Shown here: one piece after another, positions 45,062 through 53,856 of the stretch
Numbering within the stretch: position 1 is the stretch's first letter
Layout of the letters: every line of letters starts with the position of its first letter
Assembly (NCBI GenBank): GCA_963796275.1
Contig: CAWCKY010000004.1
Location: 864,001 to 928,000 of the forward strand
Source: an uncultured Acidobacteriota bacterium
Lineage (GTDB): Bacteria; Acidobacteriota; Blastocatellia; RBC074
Length of the DNA: 64,000 nucleotides
Direction: 5' to 3'
Made by a program: the position numbers and the translations under genes
The notes under the pieces: model-generated
The model's database searches: none
What the model was told of the DNA's origin: nothing
Seen by the model: only the letters and a program-made list of their open reading frames with translations

Positions 45062-48000
45062 ATGAAAGTAGGAAATCTATCAGCGATCCATTGGCTTGGG
45101 TGTGCGTTGCTGCTATCTGTTTGGGCGATCGCCGGCAGGGCGCAGACACAGGGTGAAATCACAGGCGTCATTACCGATCCGGGAGGCGCCATAATACAGG
45201 GTGCGACCATCGTCGTCACAAACACTGCCATCGGAGCAGCTCGGTCGGTCACAAGCAATGACGCCGGCGTCTACCGCTTCCCTGCCCTGCTTCCGGGAGT
45301 CTATACGCTGCGCATCGAAAAGAACGGATTCAAATCGGCTGCGCGCGATGCGATTCAGGTGCAGGTAGAACAGACAGTTCGGCTGGATGTGGTGCTGGAG
45401 GTCGGCAATGTGGGCGAGACCGTCACCATTACCGGCGGCGCGCCGCTGCTCGCGCAGGAGAGCACAACCGTAGGCACGGTGATCGAAAACAAGCGCATCG
45501 TGGAATTGCCGCTCAATGGACGCAACTTTCTGCAGCTCGTGGCCACCGCGCCCAACGTCAACTTCGGCTTTCAGAATGCCGGGCAGGCCGGGTCACGCCA
45601 GGGAGGAACGCGCGCTCAGCAGAACATCTCGGTAGCCGGGCAGCGCAGTTACTTCAACCGGTTCACTATCGATGGGGTCGAAAATACAGACGTCAACTTC
45701 AACACGCCGATCGTGCTTCCATCGATCGATGCGCTGCAGGAGTTCAAAGTTCAGACCGGCATCTTCCCGGCGGAGTTCGGCCGCGCTACTACTCAGATAA
45801 ACGTTTCGACCAAGTCGGGGACGAGAGAGTTTCACGGCGCGGTGTTTGAATTCCTGCGCAACGACGTCTTCGACGCGCGCACGTATGACTTCACCGGGGC
45901 TCGGTCGAAGGACTCGCCGAAGGAGCCGTTCAAGTGGAACCAATATGGTTTTGTGCTGGGCGGCCCGGTCTGGTTGCCGAAGAAATTATTTGGACCGATC
46001 GGGTATGAAAATCGCGAGCGCATATTTTTTATGACGAATTTCGAGGGCTTCCGCGACCGCAGGATGCTGCGCCAGACATATAACCTGCCGCCTGTAGATT
46101 TTTTCTCGGGCAATTTCTCGGGCCTGCTCGATCCGGCCTTCACGGGAAACCCGAATTCGGGAAAGCAGGCGATGATCACTGTCAATAATGCACTCGTCCC
46201 CGCATTCGATGCGCACGGACGTCCGGTAATCGTCGGCCAGCTCTACGATCCGACGAATCGCCGCGAGGCACCTAACGGTCAGATGGTCCCAGAACCATTC
46301 CCCAATAATATAATTCCGATTGGCCGATTCCACCCGACATCAGTCCAGTTGCTGGAGTTTTACCCGTTGCCCACGCGTAACCCCAACCAGCTCGGCCCCA
46401 ATCACGAACAGTTGAACCGTCGCGTAATCGACAAGGATCAGTTCACCGGACGCGGCGATTTCATCGAAAGCGCGAAATCGAGCTGGGCGGGGCGGTATAG
46501 CTGGGGTGACGAGTTACAGCTCGATCCCGGTTTAAAGCTCAACGGCTCAAAGCTTTTGACGACCGTCAAGCAGGTGTCGATCTCCAACACGCGGACACTT
46601 ACGCCTAGTATAGTCAATGAGGCCCGCTTCGGTTTGAGTATGTTCTACAACAGCATGGGGCGTGAGCTGGGAGATGTTCGCGATGTGGTCGGCGAATTGG
46701 GAATTCCGGGTGTCAATTCATCGGTGCCCTTAGCCTGGGGTATTCCATCGATCCCCATTCAGGGCTTCAGCGCTTTTGGCGACAGTTCGGAAGGCCCTTA
46801 CATCAATAACAACCGGACATATCAGTTTGTGGACAACATCAGCTTGACCAAGGGCAGCCATTCGCTCCGCTTTGGCGCCGAGTTGCGCTGGGATCAGTAC
46901 AACCAGGTCGGCAATCAATTCGCACGCGGTGAGTTCCTGTTCGAAGCGACGGCGAGTTCGCAGCTCGCATCGCTTATTAACGACCCGAGCGATCCCAGCG
47001 CGATACGGCTGTAGGTGTGTCGAGCAGCGGCAACGGCTTCGCCGATTTTCTGCTCGGGTATTGCAAGCGCTGCGAAGTCTCCGTCTCGTTAGCGACGGCT
47101 GAATTCCGCGCATTTAGCCAGTACTACTACATTGACGACTCCTGGAAGGTGACGCCGAAGTTAACCCTCAATTTCGGTTTACGCTATGAGTACACGCCAC
47201 CATGGTTCGATAAGACGGGACGTCTGGTCAACATCTACGTGCCGTTTGTGGACTCTACGCCGAATGTACAGGATCGCAGCCGGCACCCTGTCTTCGTGCG
47301 TACAGGCGAGGGCGATTTTTATGAAGGCCTCCCACTGCGATTCAATGAGAATATCCAGGTCGCGCGCGACGGGCGACTCGGCGAGCGGTTGGTAAACGAC
47401 GACAGAAACGATTTCGCCCCACGCTTCGGATTGGCGTATAGCCCGAGCAGCAAGTGGTCGATTCGCCTGGGCAGCGGAGTCTTCTATTCACAGGATACCG
47501 GCAACCCGCGTTTCGATATGGCGCGCAACCTCGCCGGTCGCCGCCGCGAGGAATCACTGCCAGGTCAAACCGAGCTGACTTGGGATTCGCCTTTCCGCAA
47601 CCTGGGCGGAAACGTAGTGGTCAATAACCCCTACGTGCTCGGCAACATCTACGGCCGCCGCACGCCATACGTGATCCAGTATATGCTCAACGTACAGCGC
47701 GAGCTGGGCAGCAACTTCCTGCTCGAAGTCGGCTATCTCGGTTCGGTCGGTCGCAAGCTCGAATCGTTGCGCGCATTCAACGAAAGCATACCCGGGATAG
47801 GTAGCTCCGTCTTTGCGCGCGCGCCTTATCCGGAGTTCGGGCGCATTCAGGAGGTCGACGGCAGCGGTAAATCGAGTTACAACGGCGTGAGCGTGAAACT
47901 TGAAAAACGGTTGAGCAGCGGGTTGAGCTTCGTCAGCGGGTACACGTGGTCGAAGTCGATTGACAACGCCAGCGCTATCCGCAATCACGATGGGGATACG

Positions 48001-48603
48001 CTCTTCCCGCAGAACAGCTACAACCTCGCGGCGGAGAGGGCACTGTCGAGCTTCCACTCCTCGCATCGGCTGGTCAATTCGGTCCTGTTTGCGTTACCTT
48101 TCGGTAAAGGCCAGAAATGGCTGGACCGCGGAGGCGTGGTCAACGCATTCCTGGGCGGCTGGGAGTTCGGCACGCTCTTCAGCGTGCAGACAGGTTTTCC
48201 TCTGACGGTAGTTACTGGCCGCGATCTATCGGGCACTGGAGGTGGTTTCGACCGGCCAAATCTCGTTTTTGGGCAGGATCCATACTTGAACGGCGACGAG
48301 CGATCGGCTATGCGATGGTTCAATACATCAGCTTTTGCCACGCAGGCGGCCGGCACATTTGGCAACACCGGGCGCAATACAGTCATCAGCCCCGGCATCG
48401 TGCAGTGGGATGCATCTCTGCTCAAGAACTTCTATTTCCAGGAGAACAAGAGCCTGCAATTCCGCTTCGAGGCTTTCAACGCGGCCAATCACGCGAATCT
48501 GGGCAATCCCGACCTGAGCACGGTAAGCCCGAGCTTCGGCCAAATCACAGGTACGAGGGGCACAATGCGTGAATTGCAGTTCGGATTGAAACTGATCTTT
48601 TAA
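45062..48603 (+). CDS. TonB-dependent receptor (Oar-like), single-base frameshift near 47000
   Basis: Two consecutive ORFs together give a complete receptor paralogous to 7560-10871 (LPLNGRNF ... QFGLKLIF); one base is missing between 46981 and 47014. Confidence 0.92.
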
Positions 48604-48629
48604 TAACGAAAGAGATCAACTTGTGACTG

Positions 48630-48829
48630 CTCAGCCCGATTATGGTCTTTGAAAAATAAATGAAACAGACGGATCGCCATCGGTCCCACCAAATGGCAGC
48701 ACCAGGAGATTGAAATATGACTCCTTACCCCGATGGGGCAATGGCATTAAGGGGCCGGCAGCACCGAGTGTTGTCAGGATTACGCCGTGATTGTTACATT
48801 TAATTTTCAAAGACCATAACCGGGCTGAG
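48630..48829. mobile_element. 200-bp MITE-like element with 33-bp terminal inverted repeats
   Basis: CTCAGCCCGATTATGGTCTTTGAAAAATAAATG vs CATTTAATTTTCAAAGACCATAACCGGGCTGAG (2 mismatches); non-coding interior; no clear target-site duplication. Confidence 0.7.
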
Positions 48830-48896
48830 TATGTATTTACTTGGCCCTTTTTGATTTCTTTCTTCTCTGAGTTGAGAGATTACGGAAAACATACCT

Positions 48897-50096
48897 ATGA
48901 GAATTAAAGGGCTGGTGAAGGCGTTCAACAACGTTAGGTCTCAACTACAGATTGGCATAAACCCTGAACAGGTCGAGCCGTTCAGGAATCTGGTAAGAAC
49001 GATCGTCCGGGATGTGGAGGATATCTGCAGTCAACATGGAATGACACCGGGCCTCTTGCCCGCTCCATCGCGGATGGCTTATGTCTTTTTGAAAGAGCTC
49101 GACTTGGACAATTTGCCCGTGAACCAGGGAGGTGAAGGTCACAGTACGGGATCCGACTTCAGAGTAAGGAATGTGGTGAGGATCGGCGAGTATTTCGCCG
49201 AGAGCTTGTGGCAGCGGCTCGCTCTCCTGCTCACATCCTCCGATGAAATCGAATCGATCAAGCGTGATATCACTGAACACGTATCATCGATCGAACGAAT
49301 TTGCGAAAGTCACAATGCGACTCCGTCCGTCCTCGAGTCCCGGTCGAGGCAAACATATTGCTGGTTGAAATTCATATCGTGCGGGGACAATCTGATCGTA
49401 CACCTGGAGACGCTTCGGCGCGCCAAAGCTCTGATCGATGAATATCAACCTCATCCATCTCATCCTGTCCATCTCCACCTGATGGTGATGAATGCGCTCT
49501 GGCGGAAGCGCCGGTACCAGGACGCGCTGGTGATCAAGGTAAATGTGGGATACAGCTACGCCGATCAGATACTGTGGAAGGCGCTCATCCAGAATGCAGT
49601 TTCAAACCGCATTACCGATGACGATCATCTGATCAGCGACTACGCCCTTTCCGATGATTTCGGCGAATTGCTTTTTGAAATAGAATCATTCGCATCACCA
49701 TCCGCGCTTCCGGCCAAAGGACGCGCACACGACCTGGACGAGAGTTTCGAACGTGTTAATAAAAAGTATTTTGACAGCCGTCTGAGTAAACCCAACATCG
49801 TCTGGAACCGCACGCTCACTATGCGTAAGTTCGGCCATTATCAACCGGCCCGGGATACACTTATGCTCTCAATTTCACTCGATGACTCCCGAGTCCCATC
49901 CTTTGTCATCGATTTTGTGATGTATCACGAACTGCTCCACAAAAAACACGGGGCCTCTTCAGTAAATGGCCGCCGTCAAGCGCACAGTCCCACCTTCCGC
50001 GCCGAAGAACGTCTTTTCTTGCATTTCTCTGAAGCCACCCGTCACCTCCACCAACTCGCACTCAAGCAAAGAGGATTTGGTGTGATGGAAGGTTAA
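48897..50096 (+). CDS. SprT/YgjP-like zinc metalloprotease with duplicated N-terminal module
   Basis: FERVNKKYF, FGHY, VMYHELLH (HExxH), HSPTF. Confidence 0.85.
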   Translation: MRIKGLVKAFNNVRSQLQIGINPEQVEPFRNLVRTIVRDVEDICSQHGMTPGLLPAPSRMAYVFLKELDLDNLPVNQGGEGHSTGSDFRVRNVVRIGEYFAESLWQRLALLLTSSDEIESIKRDITEHVSSIERICESHNATPSVLESRSRQTYCWLKFISCGDNLIVHLETLRRAKALIDEYQPHPSHPVHLHLMVMNALWRKRRYQDALVIKVNVGYSYADQILWKALIQNAVSNRITDDDHLISDYALSDDFGELLFEIESFASPSALPAKGRAHDLDESFERVNKKYFDSRLSKPNIVWNRTLTMRKFGHYQPARDTLMLSISLDDSRVPSFVIDFVMYHELLHKKHGASSVNGRRQAHSPTFRAEERLFLHFSEATRHLHQLALKQRGFGVMEG

Positions 50097-50181
50097 TTAG
50101 GTAAAAATCGATTTGACCAATTATCCGTACCCGTAACCCTCTTTTTGTATCAGTTTTTGACTTTTGATTTCTTCTCATCAG

Positions 50182-50197
50182 AGGCACGCTCGTTGCT
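50182..50197 (+). promoter_or_regulatory. sigma54 -24/-12 promoter upstream of hsp20
   Basis: AGGCACG-CTCG-TTGCT matches TGGCACG-N4-TTGCW with correct GG/GC spacing. Confidence 0.7.
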
Positions 50198-50290
50198 TTA
50201 TCAATTAGCGACTGTTTCCCGGCCGCTACTGGTCGTGGCGCATCGGACGGTCAGCAATTAAGGCAGAGAAATCAATGGAGGGTGATATTT

Positions 50291-50858
50291 ATGGCTAAAG
50301 CTAAACAAAGTCTTGAAAGAGGCGGCGAACGACACCAAGGCCGCGAGTCTCAAGAAGGGAGAAGCGGAATGCATACCCGACTTGCACTTTGCCCCGTTTG
50401 CCCATTTTTCTCCATTCACAATGATGAATCGCCTGGCTGATGAGATGGAACGTATGTTCGAGGATTATGGTATCAAGAGAGGTTGGCTTGGTCCCAGGTT
50501 CGGATCATCCGAGAGCGAGTTGGGCCATACCATGTGGTCACCGCAAATCGAAATTTTCGAGCGAGGAGGGCAATTTATAGTGCGCGCCGATTTGCCCGGC
50601 ATGACAAAAGACGACGTTAAAGTGGACATCACCGATGAAGGGCTCATTATTCAGGGCGAACGCAAGCACGAACACGAAGAGGAAAGCGAAGGCTGGCATC
50701 GAAGCGAACGAAGCTACGGCAGCTTCTACCGCAATATCCCGCTTCCGGAAGGCATTAAACCCGAAGAAGCAAAAGCCAATTTCCGCGATGGCGTGCTTGA
50801 AATCTCGATGCCCGCACCTCAGCGCGACGCACGACGCAGGCAGATAGAGATTTCTTGA
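50291..50858 (+). CDS. Hsp20/alpha-crystallin small heat-shock protein; apparent frameshift in 5' part
   Basis: WSPQIEI, VRADLPG, ERSYGSFYRNIPLP, ANFRDGVLEI; GGAGGGTG RBS precedes ATG 50291, which is out of frame with the domain. Confidence 0.9.
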
Positions 50859-51354
50859 GCCTGTCAGGCGCGGAACTTAAATCACATCGTCAATGATCGA
50901 AACACGATATGTCCGTTTCGAGCCGATACATTGCTGTTTGAATCGATGACAGTAGGAAAGGACGTTCGATATGATAGATGAGGAACAAGAGAAACCATGC
51001 GCACACCTTAGCTGCGATTGCACAGTGCTGGAAGAGGAGGAATATTGCAGCCCTCATTGTCAGATAGCACCCGATGATGAGGTCGTCTGCAGTTGCGGAC
51101 ACTCGGCCTGCCTGGCTGGAAAGATCGGGACCGCCACTGCCTGATCGGAGGTAGCGCACGCATCTGGCTTGCGGGCGGTTAAGCTGCACCGGAAGCGGAT
51201 AGCCGTTTCTGACAATACTCTTGCAGGCAAGATGATTCTGCTGGCGAATTCTGAAAGCGAACTTGCCAGCAGATTCTTCCAGCGCGCTTGGTTTTCTATC
51301 AAAGGCCCGCTGGCAGTTACCATTTTGCACAGTGAAAATGTGTGAGCTCTCGCC

Positions 51355-51649
51355 TCAATCTATGAGACCCTTGAGGCAATCAGCCAGCAGCTCTTCATTG
51401 AGCGAGATCGATGCGGTCTGTCCCGTTTTCCTTTTGCTGATCACACCGGCATGTTCGAGCGTATTCCAGTGATGGCAAAGGAGGGCGAGGCTGATACCCA
51501 ACTCATCGGCAATCTCAGATCCCGCACATCTCGTCCTTATCGGCCAACATCTCAACGATGCGCAGCCGCGTAGGATCGGCCAGCGCTTTGAATACCCGTG
51601 CCCGCTGTTCGATGGTGATCCTATTGGATATGGACGATTTTCTTTTCAC
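51355..51649 (-). CDS. ArsR/SmtB-family regulator, single-base frameshift near 51522
   Basis: VFKALADPTRLRIVEML in one frame, then CGSEIADELGISLALLCHHWNTLEHAGVI; one extra G in TGCGGGATCT. Confidence 0.88.
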
Positions 51650-52105
51650 GAATCGGTAAAGGGGTAATATAGTTATATAACTGTTTGACAATTCCGGCAA
51701 GGTCAGATTCTGGCTGAGCTCTCAATTTATGAAGCATCGCTCGATATCTTGATAACTTGCCTGAGCTGGCATAAGATGTCCCCGCACGTGATTATCGCGT
51801 GAAAAAATGCGGGCGCATCCCTCCCTGCCATATCCATCCTCCTTAGGCCTTTAACTAAGTCCGTTAGGTGAGATCTATTCAGTAGTCCTTGTGATCGCGA
51901 AATCGAATACTTTCAATCAAAGTTGACAGTCGTGAATTCGTGAACACTGTTGTCACAGTTTAAGCGAACTGACCAATGCTCAATATAAATCCGGAGTATA
52001 GCGGCCTCTGGGTCGCGGTGCGAATTCGCGCGCAGGGTTTTCGGTCGGGGATTATTGATGCAAGAAGGCGCGCCCAGAGTTTCAACAGGGGTAAGGAGAA
52101 AATTT

Positions 52106-52591
52106 ATGTCAAAGAGAACAGATTACACGTCGGATGAATGGAAAACGATAACTGCCGCTCCGATAATGGCCGGGCTGCTAATCTCCGTCTCGGACATGAG
52201 CGGTCCGATAGGAATGGCTAAAGAAGCGTATACGGTCATCAAAACTGTCACTGATACGGCGGCGGCTTCATCGAATGAATTGATCAAGGCCGTGGCTGAA
52301 GAGATCAAGGCGCGGGGAGGAAAGCCCGATCTCCCAAACATGCCGCAAGACAGGGCGGGCGTCGCCGCAATGTTGATCGATGGCTGCAAACAAGCGGTGG
52401 AATTGGTTGCGAAAAAATCTCCGGCTGAAGCGGAAGCATATAAACAGTGGGTGATTGCACTTGCGCAGAAGACGGCTGAAGCTTCAAAGGAAGGCGGCTT
52501 CCTGGGTATCGGGGGGACGCCGGTCAGCGATGAGGAGAAATCCGCGGTTGAAAATCTCGCTTCCGCTCTTGGTATGAGAGCTAAAGCGTAG
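52106..52591 (+). CDS. conserved hypothetical protein
   Basis: AAGGAG RBS; motif AEASKEGGFLGIGG..VSDEEK. Confidence 0.85.
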   Translation: MSKRTDYTSDEWKTITAAPIMAGLLISVSDMSGPIGMAKEAYTVIKTVTDTAAASSNELIKAVAEEIKARGGKPDLPNMPQDRAGVAAMLIDGCKQAVELVAKKSPAEAEAYKQWVIALAQKTAEASKEGGFLGIGGTPVSDEEKSAVENLASALGMRAKA

Positions 52592-52607
52592 ATCACTGGA
52601 GGTAGAA

Positions 52608-53711
52608 ATGGAACGTCGCAGAATGCCTGACATCGCATTGAGTCTCATTGCGATCAGTGCCGCGATTGCTGCATCAGGTGAAATTCTCGGGCAGATTCCC
52701 AGGTCGAATGGATCCTGGCTCGCAAAACCCATGACGAACTGGAACAAACCCGGTGCGACAATTCCCCAGGCTCCAGATGCGGAGATCGATCCATCAAATC
52801 CATCAAATCCATCAAATCCATCAAATCCATCAAATCCATCAAATACTGCGGTTTGCAGTGAACAGTTACGACAACCGGAGAGCGCCCCGGACCGGGCGCT
52901 CTCTGGCGCCGGTTGGAGGTTATACGGCCCGGTGCAGAGCCATTCAGGCACTTCGGTCATTATGGCAATGTCAGGCGTCGACGGGATGTGCCGGCCAATG
53001 GGTTATCAAGCTTTCATCTTCATTAACGACTCTTTCGCAGGGACCCTCGCGCCTGCACCTATGAACGCCAGAAGCGATGGTGCATTGACCCACATCTATC
53101 TGGTTTCGCCGACGAGATTGAGAGCGGAGTTCGTGCGCTATACCGCTTCCGATCCGCTCTGCTGCCCTTCATCAACCGGCGCAGTAACTTACAGAATCGA
53201 CCGTCATGACAATACCGGAACCGTCGTTCCTGAAAGCTTTTTCCCCGGCGATCCCAAATCTCAAAAAAATCAAACGGGGCAAACGGGGCAAACGGGGCAA
53301 GCGGGTCAAGCGGTGACAACGGGGGACACAGGACAACCAGGGCAAACAGGGCAACAAACTGGAATGAATCCTGAGAATACTTACTGGAGACTGGTAGAAC
53401 TCAACGGCCGGCGTATCACCACGTCGCCCAACCGTCCGGAAGCATACTTTCAACTCGATTCGCGTAAAAAGAGGCTGCAAGGCAACGGAGGATGTAACAT
53501 CATCACCGGCGGTTATGAACTGAATGGCGAACGTATCTCATTCACAAAAATCATTTCCACAAAAATGGCCTGTCTTAATGGGATGGATACTGAACGAGAA
53601 TTCCTGAAAGCGCTGGAGTCTTCCAACAATCTGAAGCTCGCCGGCGAGAATCTGGAATTATACGGGAACGATCAACTGCTGGCCCGGTTTGAAGCCGGGA
53701 AACCCAGATGA
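52608..53711 (+). CDS. secreted LppP/LprE-like + META-domain protein
   Basis: Signal peptide; DGMCRP and DPLCCPS; META motifs WRLVELNG, GNGGCN, STKMAC; SNP and GQT repeats. Confidence 0.85.
   Translation: MERRRMPDIALSLIAISAAIAASGEILGQIPRSNGSWLAKPMTNWNKPGATIPQAPDAEIDPSNPSNPSNPSNPSNPSNTAVCSEQLRQPESAPDRALSGAGWRLYGPVQSHSGTSVIMAMSGVDGMCRPMGYQAFIFINDSFAGTLAPAPMNARSDGALTHIYLVSPTRLRAEFVRYTASDPLCCPSSTGAVTYRIDRHDNTGTVVPESFFPGDPKSQKNQTGQTGQTGQAGQAVTTGDTGQPGQTGQQTGMNPENTYWRLVELNGRRITTSPNRPEAYFQLDSRKKRLQGNGGCNIITGGYELNGERISFTKIISTKMACLNGMDTEREFLKALESSNNLKLAGENLELYGNDQLLARFEAGKPR
52789..52843 (+). repeat. in-frame 9-bp tandem repeat ATCCATCAA (Pro-Ser-Asn), about 6 copies
   Basis: Read directly. Confidence 0.95.
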
Positions 53712-53856
53712 ACGTTGAGGCACAAAATATGCGGAGCAATTACATCAAATGATTGCATATGTCATTGAGGGCAACTGTAAGCTTCGCATCTGTTGAATCC
53801 CCCAGAAGCACTACGCATCTCTACTATCTGTCTATTCGGCGAACGGAGGTAGTCTC

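Noticed and set aside
46981-47016. Programmed frameshift or stop readthrough in the TonB receptor
   Set aside because: The halves are in different frames, so readthrough cannot join them, and no slippery heptamer is present; a single missing base explains it.
50890-51330. Overlapping ORFs downstream of arsR
   Set aside because: No motif or clear start; cannot choose a frame. May be a decayed gene.
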